From NCBI GenBank assembly GCA_044375655.1, contig JBILMF010000001.1, positions 36,727 through 100,726 of the forward strand: a DNA stretch of 64,000 nucleotides, written 5' to 3'. This document shows positions 36,760 through 44,624 of this stretch, in pieces. A program made the position numbers and the translations under genes. The notes under the pieces were generated by a model. That model searched no databases. It saw only the letters and a program-made list of their open reading frames with translations, and was not told the origin of the DNA. Source of the stretch: Steroidobacteraceae bacterium (GTDB lineage: Bacteria > Pseudomonadota > Gammaproteobacteria > Steroidobacterales > Steroidobacteraceae). Position 1 is the first letter of the stretch. The number at the start of each line of letters is the position of its first letter.

Positions 36760-37248
36760 ATGATTCGCTTCAACGCCAAGGCCCTCGTTGCCGCCGCCCT
36801 GATCGGCGCCGGAACCCTCGCCGCCCACGCCACGGGCGCCCCCACCGTTCTCGACGTCGCCAAAGAGAAGGGTAACTTCAACACCCTCGCCAAGGCGATC
36901 GAAGTCGCCGGACTGCAGGACGCGCTGACCGGCAACGGTCCGGTGACCATCTTCGCGCCCACGGACGAGGCGTTCGCCAAGCTGCCGCCGGCCCAGCTCG
37001 AGGCGCTGCTGCGTCCCGAGAACAAGGATCAGCTGGTCAAGATCCTGACCAACCACGTCGTGCCGGGAAAGGCCCTCGAGACCGACGACATGAAGCGCAC
37101 CCGCAGCGCGAAAACGGTCGCCGGTGAGGACGTGAAGTTCGAACTCGTCCGCGGTCGCCTGCGTGTCGACGGTGCCCGCGTAACGGGCGACTACAACGCC
37201 GCCAACGGCGTGGTCGTGGCCGTCGACAGCGTCCTGCTGCCGAACTGA
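36760..37248 (+). CDS. Secreted fasciclin (FAS1) domain protein
   Basis: Signal peptide; FAS1 motifs TIFAPTDEAFAKLP and GVVVAVDSVLLP. Confidence 0.85.
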   Translation: MIRFNAKALVAAALIGAGTLAAHATGAPTVLDVAKEKGNFNTLAKAIEVAGLQDALTGNGPVTIFAPTDEAFAKLPPAQLEALLRPENKDQLVKILTNHVVPGKALETDDMKRTRSAKTVAGEDVKFELVRGRLRVDGARVTGDYNAANGVVVAVDSVLLPN

Positions 37249-37429
37249 GCGCTGACCCTGAAAGTTTGACCGAAGGACACGGTGCATCCCTGCGATGCGC
37301 CGACCCGGACACGGAAGTCCGGAGGCAAGGATAGCCCCCGTCCAAGGATGAGCCGGGAGGGGTGGACCGCCAAGGTCCGCCCCTCCCCGGACAATCGCTC
37401 CCCACGCACCGTGCGGTTAATATGCCGCG

Positions 37430-38461
37430 GTGTTTCCCACGACGACCGTCGGCAGCCTGCCGAAGCCAGATTGGCTAGCCGAACCGGAAAAGCTTTGGCC
37501 GCAGTGGCGTCTGCAGGGCGCGGCACTCCAGCAGGGCAAACAGCGTGCCGCCCTCGAGTGGCTGCGCGAGCAGGAAGCCGCCGGCATCGACATCGTCGGT
37601 GACGGTGAGCAGTTCCGCATCCACTTCGTCCATGGCTTCCTCGAGCAACTCACCGGCATCGACTGGAACCGCAAGACGCGGATGGGCATCCGCAACAACC
37701 GCTACGAGGCGGAGGTGCCAACGGTCACCGGACCGCTGGCGCGCCCGCGGTTGGTCCATGCCGCCGACGCGGCCTTCCTGCGTGGCCAGACCACGCACCG
37801 ACTGAAAGTCACCCTCCCCGGTCCGATGACCATTTGCGACACGCTGGCCGACGGCTACTACGGCCGGCGCGCGGACATGGCGATGCGTTTCGCCGAGCTG
37901 CTCAATGCCGAGGCCCGCGAACTCGAGGCCTCCGGCGCCGATGTCATCCAGTTCGATGAACCAGCCTTCAACGTGTTTCTGGAGGAAGTCCGCGAGTGGG
38001 GGCTGCCGGCTCTCGAGCGCGCGCTGCAGGGCCTGCGGGCAACGACCGTGGTGCACATCTGTTACGGCTACGGCATCGAGGCGAACATCCGCTGGAAGGA
38101 GTCGCTGGGCAGCGAGTGGCGACAGTACGAGCAGATCTTTCCATGGATCAATGCGAGCAGCGTACAGCAGGTGTCGCTGGAGTTCGCGGGGTCGCGAGTG
38201 CCGCATTCGGTGCTGCGGCTGCTGCCCGACAAAGAATTGCTGGTCGGCGCAATCGGGGTGCTGCCCGGCCGGCTGGAGACGGCCGAGGAAGTCGCCGACA
38301 ACATCCTCGAGGCCTCGCGCCATGTCGACAGCACGCGGCTGCTCGCCTGCACCAATTGCGGCATGGCGCCGCTGTCCGCCAGCCTCGCACGCGGCAAGCT
38401 GCAGGCACTCGGCGCCGGAGCGGTACTCGCCCGCCGCCGGGTCGCCCGTGGCGGCGGCTGA
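37430..38461 (+). CDS. Cobalamin-independent methionine synthase-like protein (MetE C-terminal domain family)
   Basis: PTTTVGSLPKP N-terminus; IQFDEPAF; HICYGY and CTNCGM (His/Cys Zn-ligand contexts). Confidence 0.75.
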   Translation: MFPTTTVGSLPKPDWLAEPEKLWPQWRLQGAALQQGKQRAALEWLREQEAAGIDIVGDGEQFRIHFVHGFLEQLTGIDWNRKTRMGIRNNRYEAEVPTVTGPLARPRLVHAADAAFLRGQTTHRLKVTLPGPMTICDTLADGYYGRRADMAMRFAELLNAEARELEASGADVIQFDEPAFNVFLEEVREWGLPALERALQGLRATTVVHICYGYGIEANIRWKESLGSEWRQYEQIFPWINASSVQQVSLEFAGSRVPHSVLRLLPDKELLVGAIGVLPGRLETAEEVADNILEASRHVDSTRLLACTNCGMAPLSASLARGKLQALGAGAVLARRRVARGGG

Positions 38462-38489
38462 GCGGGCTGCGGCGCGGCGGGCAACGTCC

Positions 38490-39275
38490 GTGGATCTGCA
38501 ACTCGCCAACCAGCGCGTCGTACTCTGCGGAGCCGCCGGCGTACTCGGCCGGGCGATCGCGCAGACGCTAGCCGCCGAAGGCGCACGGCTCGCGCTGCTC
38601 GGCCGCAACCCGGCCGCGCTCGATGAGCTCGCGCAGTCGCTGCCCGCCGGCCGCAATCCGCACCTCGCGCTCGCCTGCGACCTGAGCCTTGCCGCGGCGA
38701 CCGATGCGGCCATCGAGGCTGCTGCCCGCGGACTTGGCGACATCGACGTGTTGATCAGCGCGGCTGGTGCCGCGCAGGGTGGAGTCTTCTGGGAGATCGA
38801 CGATGCGGCCTGGCGCAGCAACCTCGAGGTCAAGCTGTTCGGCAACATCCGCGCACTGCGCGCCGTCGCGCCGCGGATGGTCGCCAACGGTCGCGGACGC
38901 ATCGTGCTGGTGGTCGGCAATTCGGCGCGGCAGCCCGAACCGCGCATGCTCCCCGGGGCGGCAGCCAACGCGGCGCTGCTCGCCATCGTCCGCGGTCTCG
39001 CCGAGGAACTCGGCCCGCACGGCGTCGCCATCAACGCGGTCAATCCAGGCCCGGTGCGCTCGGCGCGCTGGGACCGCCTGATGCAGGCGGCGGCAGCGCG
39101 CGACGGCGTTGAGGTGGCCGTGGCGGAAGCCCGGTTCCTGGAGAAAACCGCACTGCGGCGGCTGGCCACGCCGCAGGAGGTGGCAACGCACGTCGCCTTC
39201 CTCGCTTCGCCGGCTGCCGCACACCTCAGCGGTACCTCGCTCACCGTCGACGGCGGCAGCACGAAATCCCCATGA
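38490..39275 (+). CDS. SDR-fold protein with apparently degenerate YxxxK site
   Basis: GTG at 38490 gives MDLQLANQRVVLCGAAGVLGRAIA (Rossmann motif). NAVNPGPV and TSLTVDGG are SDR-like. At the expected Y-x3-K position the sequence is G-AAA-N (eye alignment). Confidence 0.7.
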   Translation: MDLQLANQRVVLCGAAGVLGRAIAQTLAAEGARLALLGRNPAALDELAQSLPAGRNPHLALACDLSLAAATDAAIEAAARGLGDIDVLISAAGAAQGGVFWEIDDAAWRSNLEVKLFGNIRALRAVAPRMVANGRGRIVLVVGNSARQPEPRMLPGAAANAALLAIVRGLAEELGPHGVAINAVNPGPVRSARWDRLMQAAAARDGVEVAVAEARFLEKTALRRLATPQEVATHVAFLASPAAAHLSGTSLTVDGGSTKSP

Positions 39276-40015
39276 CCGATCAGCTCGGACATCGCGCGCG
39301 TATCGCCATAGTCGTTCCCTCGACCAACACGAGCTGCCAGCCCGAGTCGGAGCTGCTGCGCCTGCCCGGCGTCACCAACCACATCGCGCGTATCAGCATC
39401 CGCGAGCGGCCGCTCACCACCGAGCAGGCATTCATGGAGCACGTGCAGGCGATGCGCGACGGCATGGGCAGCGCCATCGAACAGGTGATGACCTGCCAGC
39501 CGACGCACGTGATCATGGGCGTCGCTCTCGAGGCCTTCTGGGGCGGGGTCGCGGCCGCAGATGCCCTGCAGCGGGAGCTCGCTGCCCGCGCTGGCGTCGG
39601 CGTGTCGATGGGCTCGACCGCCATGGTCGCGGCGCTGCGGCGCCATGGCGCGCGCTCGATCGCCGTGCTGACGCCGCACCAGCCGCGCGGCGACGAACAG
39701 GTACGCCGCTACTTCGAGGAGGCCGGCTTCGGCATCCCGCGCCTGCTCGGCCTGAAGTGCCCCTCGCCGGTGCAGATCGCGCACGTCACCCGCCGGCAGC
39801 TGATCGACGCGCTGCGCGCCATCGACGGCGATGACGTCGATGCCATCGTGCAGGTGGGCACCAACCTCGCGGCGATCAGGACCTGCGCCGAAGCGGAGCG
39901 CTGGCTGGGCAAACCCGTACTCGCCATCAATGCCATCACCTACTGGGATGCGCTGCGCCGCGCGGGCATCGCCGAGCCGCTCGCCGGCTGCGGGCGGACG
40001 CTGGAGATGTTCTGA
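39272..40015 (+). CDS. Asp/Glu racemase superfamily protein (maleate isomerase/arylmalonate decarboxylase-like)
   Basis: ARIAIVVPSTNT, SIAVLTPH and AIVQVGTNL fit the two-lobed racemase-like fold. ATGA overlap with the SDR gene. Confidence 0.6.
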   Translation: MTDQLGHRARIAIVVPSTNTSCQPESELLRLPGVTNHIARISIRERPLTTEQAFMEHVQAMRDGMGSAIEQVMTCQPTHVIMGVALEAFWGGVAAADALQRELAARAGVGVSMGSTAMVAALRRHGARSIAVLTPHQPRGDEQVRRYFEEAGFGIPRLLGLKCPSPVQIAHVTRRQLIDALRAIDGDDVDAIVQVGTNLAAIRTCAEAERWLGKPVLAINAITYWDALRRAGIAEPLAGCGRTLEMF

Positions 40016-40139
40016 GAGCGGCGGACTGTGGTCGACGGGCCCGCGACCGGGGTACGCGCAGGCTACAATCGCCGCCGCCGCCACTCAGCGTCGCTGACCT
40101 CGGCGGCAGCCGCGGAAACATCGAGGGGGCGTTGGCCCG

Positions 40140-41192
40140 GTGAAGCGCAGACTCAAGGCGGTGCTGATTGTCATTGCGACCGGCGTGGTCGTGCTTGCCG
40201 CCTTCACCCTCGAGTTCCTCGCCTTCGGCGGGCAGTTCCGCGCGCTCGAGCCGCGCACGCCCGGCGAGTGCAGCAGCCTCGCGCTGACGGCGAGCGCGGA
40301 GGACATCCAGATCGATCGCAACCGCAGCGTCGCCTATCTGTCCTCGCTCGATCGGCGTGGCCTCGTCGAGGGCCGCGACGTGCGCGGCACGGTGCTGCAG
40401 ATCGATCTGACAGTCGAGCCGTTGCGCGCGCTACCCGCGCTGGCCTCGGCGCCGCCCGACTTCCGGCCTCATGGCATGTCGCTCTACCGGATGGGTGATG
40501 GCAAGCAGCGCCTTTTCGTCATCAGCCACCCGGCCGACGGCACGCACAGCGTCGAAATCTTCGAGCAGCAGGCCGACGGGCGCTTCGCGCATATCGGGAC
40601 CGTGCGCGATCCGCTGCTGCTGTCGCCGAACGCGATCGTCGCGGTGGGACCACAGCAGTTCTACGTCGCCAACGACAAGGGCGCGACCCATTTCTTCGAT
40701 CGCATGCGCGAGTTCGTCTTTCGCAGCGGTCTGTCGACAGTCGTGTATTTCGACGGCTCGGCGATGCAGGTCGCCGCTGACGGCCTGAAGAGCGCCGTAG
40801 GCATGGGTCTGTCTTCGGATGGACTCAGGCTGTACGTGGCCGAGACCCTCGGCAGGCGTGTCTCGGTGTTCACGCGCAACCCCGGCTCGGGCGAGTTGCG
40901 CCTGAACGGGCGCATCGCGCTCGACGGGGCACCCGACAACGTCAACATCGACGGCGAGGGCACGGTCTGGATCGCCATGCATGCGCGGCTGCTCGATCTG
41001 ATCCGCCATTTCGGCGATCCACAGCGCCCGGCGCCAACCAGCATCCTGCGTTACGCCGGCGGCCGTACCGAGGCCGTGTACGTCGACCCGGGCAGCGGGA
41101 TCGCCGCCGGCAGCGTCGGTGCCGCCTTCGATGGCCGTCTGTACATCGGCTCGATCACCGATCCACGGTTGCGGATCTGCCGCCTGCGCTGA
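40140..41192 (+). CDS. Membrane-anchored six-bladed beta-propeller hydrolase (paraoxonase/arylesterase or SMP-30-like)
   Basis: N-terminal TM helix. PHGMSLY, FYVANDKG, NVNIDGEGTVWIA and a C-terminal LYIGS resemble the PON/strictosidine-synthase-like family. Confidence 0.5.
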   Translation: MKRRLKAVLIVIATGVVVLAAFTLEFLAFGGQFRALEPRTPGECSSLALTASAEDIQIDRNRSVAYLSSLDRRGLVEGRDVRGTVLQIDLTVEPLRALPALASAPPDFRPHGMSLYRMGDGKQRLFVISHPADGTHSVEIFEQQADGRFAHIGTVRDPLLLSPNAIVAVGPQQFYVANDKGATHFFDRMREFVFRSGLSTVVYFDGSAMQVAADGLKSAVGMGLSSDGLRLYVAETLGRRVSVFTRNPGSGELRLNGRIALDGAPDNVNIDGEGTVWIAMHARLLDLIRHFGDPQRPAPTSILRYAGGRTEAVYVDPGSGIAAGSVGAAFDGRLYIGSITDPRLRICRLR

Positions 41193-41304
41193 GCGCGACG
41201 CCGGCGGCCCACGATCGGGCATGCCGGCCGCGGTGTGGGCGCCCGGGGGTTTGAAGCCGCCCGCCGGGCGGGGTAAAAACGTCGATGAACCGGGGGTAAA
41301 CCAC

Positions 41305-42849
41305 ATGGCCATGAACCGTCGCGAATTCGTCGTCTCCACCGCCGTGTCCGCCGCCATGGCCGGACTTTCCTCGACTGCCTACACCGCCGCCGCGGGCGAT
41401 CCGGACGTGATCGTCATCGGCGCCGGCCTGGCGGGACTCGAGGCCGCACTCACGCTCGAAGAAAACGGTCTGAGCGTGCGCGTGCTCGAGGGCCGTAACC
41501 GCGTCGGCGGTCGGGTGTACACGCTGTTCGATGTGCCAGGTCATCCCGAGGTCGGCGGTAACACGATCGCCAATGCCTACGGCCGCTGCATCGCAGCGGC
41601 AGCCCGCAACGGCATCGAGATCGTCAACCTCGCGCCGCGGCTGTTCGCCAATCGCGCCGGGCAGGCGTTGTTCATCGGCAGAGAACACATCCCGCTCAAA
41701 GATTGGCCGACGCATCCCCGCAACCCGTTTGCCGGCGAGCGGCGCAAGCTCTCGCCCTGGGCCTGGGCGGATGCGATCTTCAACGAAAAGATGCCGTTCC
41801 GCGATCTCGAGAACTGGCACGATCCCGCAAACGCCAAGTACGACATCTCGGTGCACGAATTCCTCACTGCGCAGGGTGCGACCGACGAGATGATCCGACT
41901 CGGGTTCGACACCAACATCGCCTATGGCACCACGGCACACGACGTGTCGCTGCTGCAGCAGGCGTTCGCCGACTACTGGCAGAACGTCAACCGCGGCGCG
42001 GTGTCGGCGTTCTCGCGCACCGGCGCGGCGAATGCGCCGGCGCCGGCCGCACCTGGCGTCGCACCTGGCGTCGCACCTAGCGCCGCGCCGCCGGCGGTGC
42101 CGCCCGGACTCCTGGTCGGGGCCTTCAAGGGCGGCAACCAGAACCTGCCCATCGCGATGGCGAAGCGGCTCAAGGGCGACGTGCTGCTCGAGCGGAGCGT
42201 CGCCGCCATCGAGGTGGACGACGCCGGTGCCCGGGTCACCTGCAGCGACGGCAGCGTCCACCGCGCGAAGGCAGTGGTCTGCTCGATGCCCTTCTCGACG
42301 CTGCGCCACGTGGCCATCGATCCGTTGCCCGACCCGCTGCAGCACAAAGCCATCCAGACCCTCGGCTACATCCCGATCACGCAGTTCCATCTGGTTGCAA
42401 AGCGGCCGTTCTGGCTGGACGACGGCCTGTCGCCCTCGATGTGGACCGATGGTCCGCTCGGGCTCGTGCTGGCGCAGCGTTTCGGCAGGACCGACGATGA
42501 AGTGACCAGCCTCACCGTCTGGGCACGCGGTCTGAACGCGCAATTCATCGACCGTCTCGGTCCGGAAGAAGGCAAGCGGCTGATCATCGCCGAGTTTGAA
42601 CGGCTGCGGCCGGCGTCAAAAGGCCAGCTCACCGTGGCCGGCATGCACTCCTGGGCCGCAGACCCGTTCGCGGCGGGCGACTGGGCGATCTTTCAGCCGG
42701 GACAGGTGCGGGAACTGCGCGCGACCATGGCCAAACCCCACAAGCGGCTGTTCTTCTGCGGCGAGCATACGGCCGTGGGCAGTCGCGGCATGGAAGGCGC
42801 GTTCGAGTCCGCCGAGCGGGTGTCGCTCGAGGTGCTGGCTGCGGTCTGA
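41305..42849 (+). CDS. Tat-exported flavin-containing amine oxidase
   Basis: MAMNRREFVV twin-arginine signal; FAD fold DVIVIGAGLAGLEAAL...VLEGRNRVGGRV; C-terminal FFCGEHT. Confidence 0.8.
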   Translation: MAMNRREFVVSTAVSAAMAGLSSTAYTAAAGDPDVIVIGAGLAGLEAALTLEENGLSVRVLEGRNRVGGRVYTLFDVPGHPEVGGNTIANAYGRCIAAAARNGIEIVNLAPRLFANRAGQALFIGREHIPLKDWPTHPRNPFAGERRKLSPWAWADAIFNEKMPFRDLENWHDPANAKYDISVHEFLTAQGATDEMIRLGFDTNIAYGTTAHDVSLLQQAFADYWQNVNRGAVSAFSRTGAANAPAPAAPGVAPGVAPSAAPPAVPPGLLVGAFKGGNQNLPIAMAKRLKGDVLLERSVAAIEVDDAGARVTCSDGSVHRAKAVVCSMPFSTLRHVAIDPLPDPLQHKAIQTLGYIPITQFHLVAKRPFWLDDGLSPSMWTDGPLGLVLAQRFGRTDDEVTSLTVWARGLNAQFIDRLGPEEGKRLIIAEFERLRPASKGQLTVAGMHSWAADPFAAGDWAIFQPGQVRELRATMAKPHKRLFFCGEHTAVGSRGMEGAFESAERVSLEVLAAV

Positions 42850-42906
42850 GGTGCGGGCTGCGGTCTGAGGTGCGGGCTGCAGTCTGCGGTGCTGGCTGCG
42901 GTCTAG
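42831..42906. repeat. 4 x 19-nt tandem repeat spanning two convergent stop codons
   Basis: Units GGTGCTGGCTGCGGTCTGA / GGTGCGGGCTGCGGTCTGA / GGTGCGGGCTGCAGTCTGC / GGTGCTGGCTGCGGTCTAG. Unit 1 holds the amine oxidase stop (42847-42849) and unit 4 holds the stop of the minus-strand gene (42903-42905). Confidence 0.9.
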
Positions 42907-43400
42907 CGCGCGCCGCGCAGGCGCGGCGTCGCCGCGTTGCGTCCGCGCCAGACGATCAGCCACCAGAAGCCGAAGAACGACAGCGTCATCCAGCAGAACT
43001 CGTGCATGCCCCAGTGCTCGACCCCGCGCCGCGCGAGTTGCTCGAAGAGGATGAAGACCACCGTGTAGGCCGCTGCACCGAGCAGGGCGCCGATCCGCCA
43101 GCCGATGGAACGGCCGCGACCGCGGATACCGATGATCCACCAAGCGACCAGATAGAACACGGTGTAGGCGTTTATCAGGACCAGCCACACCGGCGAGGGC
43201 GCATTGAGCCAGTAATGGTTCACCCAGAAAGCGCCAGCACCGAAAAACGTGAGCAGCACGTAGCGCCACTCCTCCAGAGGCTCGCCGAGCACCTTCTGCC
43301 ACAGCCAGACGAGAAACACGTAAGCGGTCCAGGTGCCGAAGATGAGTTCGTAGAACTCGACCCTGCCCTGCCAGGCGTCATCCAGCGGCGGCATCCACAT
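42903..43400 (-). CDS. Trp-rich integral membrane protein, unknown function
   Basis: ATG at 43400 (MWMPPLDDAW). About five hydrophobic helices rich in W, F and Y. The upstream part of the track ORF is Arg/Pro-rich and unlikely to be coding. Confidence 0.55.
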   Translation of the reverse strand: MWMPPLDDAWQGRVEFYELIFGTWTAYVFLVWLWQKVLGEPLEEWRYVLLTFFGAGAFWVNHYWLNAPSPVWLVLINAYTVFYLVAWWIIGIRGRGRSIGWRIGALLGAAAYTVVFILFEQLARRGVEHWGMHEFCWMTLSFFGFWWLIVWRGRNAATPRLRGAR

Positions 43401-43541
43401 GAGCTTGCATCCCCGTCGGTTGCGACACGTCGGCCGGCACGATAACCGTCGACGCCGTGCGCCGACCGCAAACTTCGCGGAGCCCGGCCGACTGACGGAA
43501 TGGGCAAAGCCGGGTATCCTCGTGCGGATCGGGGGATAACC

Positions 43542-44624
43542 ATGCGGAACGCGAGCATCACGGGCTGGGGCAAATGCCTGCCACCAGCCGTTCTTTCCAA
43601 CGCCGACATAGCGACCTTTCTCGAGACTTCGGACGACTGGATCCTCAGCCGTACCGGGATCGCCGAGCGGCGCATCTCCCACGTGTCGGTCGGCGAGATG
43701 GCATATGTCGCTTCGGCCCGCGCCCTCGCCTGCGCCGGGATTGCAGCCAAGGACCTAGACCTGATCGTCTTCGGCACCACGACCCACGACGATCAGTGCC
43801 CGAACACGGCCTCGGGCCTGCAGCGGCGGCTTGGTGCCGAGGGCTGCGCAGCCATGGACGTGAATACGGCCTGCACCAGCTTCCTCTACGGCCTGTCGAC
43901 CGCGGCGGCAATGATCAAGAGCGGCGTGATCCGGACGGCGCTGGTGGTGGGCGGCGAGCTGATCTCGCCTTACATGGACTGGAACGACCGCAACGTCGCG
44001 GTGCTGTTCGGCGACGGCGTGGCGGCCGTGGTGCTGCAGGACACCGGACGCGATGGGGAGGGGCTGCTCCTCGAGAAGCTCGGCTGCTACGGCGAATCGC
44101 GCGAGATCCTGCGCATCCACGGCATCGGCGGCGCCTATGTGCACCAGGGACGGCTGCTCGGCGCCACCCAGTGGCAGTTCGAGGGCCAGGAGATCTTCAA
44201 GAAAGCGGTCACGGGCATGGGCTCCGCCAGCGAGGACGTGCTGCGACGCGCCGGGCTGCGTCCCGATGACATCGATCTCGTGGTACCGCATCAGGCGAAC
44301 CTGCGCATCATCGAGGCCGTAGCCAAGCGGGCCGGTGTTTCCATGGACCGGGTGCATGTCAACGTCGGCCGCTACGGCAACATGTCGGCAGCCACGGTGC
44401 CGGTCGCACTCTGCGAGGCTCTCGAGCAAGGCAGGGTGAAGCCCGGCTCGCTGCTGCTCATGCCCGCATTCGGCGGCGGGCTCACCTTCTGCGCGCACCT
44501 GCTCCGCTGGGGGGAGCGCACCACGCCTCTGGCAGTCAGTGATGTCGAGCTGCCGCCGACCGAGCGCAGCGCGCTCGAGATGGTGCTGCGGATCCGCCAG
44601 GCGCGCGGCGCACCCCTCGCGTGA
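43542..44624 (+). CDS. Beta-ketoacyl-ACP synthase III-like condensing enzyme
   Basis: Cys-His-Asn triad contexts NTACTSFLYG, VPHQANLRII and GNMSAATVP. Confidence 0.85.
   Translation: MRNASITGWGKCLPPAVLSNADIATFLETSDDWILSRTGIAERRISHVSVGEMAYVASARALACAGIAAKDLDLIVFGTTTHDDQCPNTASGLQRRLGAEGCAAMDVNTACTSFLYGLSTAAAMIKSGVIRTALVVGGELISPYMDWNDRNVAVLFGDGVAAVVLQDTGRDGEGLLLEKLGCYGESREILRIHGIGGAYVHQGRLLGATQWQFEGQEIFKKAVTGMGSASEDVLRRAGLRPDDIDLVVPHQANLRIIEAVAKRAGVSMDRVHVNVGRYGNMSAATVPVALCEALEQGRVKPGSLLLMPAFGGGLTFCAHLLRWGERTTPLAVSDVELPPTERSALEMVLRIRQARGAPLA

Noticed and set aside
37249-37429. Cobalamin (B12) riboswitch upstream of the B12-independent methionine synthase-like gene.
   Set aside because: I could not find a B12-box-like element or the conserved GCCACTG/GGTG..AATCC-type cores by eye. 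The region is kept only as an unassigned structured leader pending an Rfam scan.
37475-40084. 869-aa minus-strand ORF spanning four plus-strand genes. Similar long ORFs: 9897..11897 (+), 55426..57741 (+), 24733..26460 (+), 25950..27314 (-), 52116..53444 (-), 10474..11808 (-), 62039..63355 (-), 41155..42543 (-).
   Set aside because: They are antisense or out-of-frame shadows of genes with clear family motifs. Their translations are Arg/Ala/Gly/Pro-rich low-complexity sequence, typical of stop-codon-poor frames in high-GC DNA, and none shows a recognisable domain.
42831-42906. Short tandem repeats (here and at 56559-56631 and 62174-62211) considered as a CRISPR array.
   Set aside because: The units of 15-19 nt are directly adjacent with no spacers. 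There are only 2-5 copies and no cas genes in the window.
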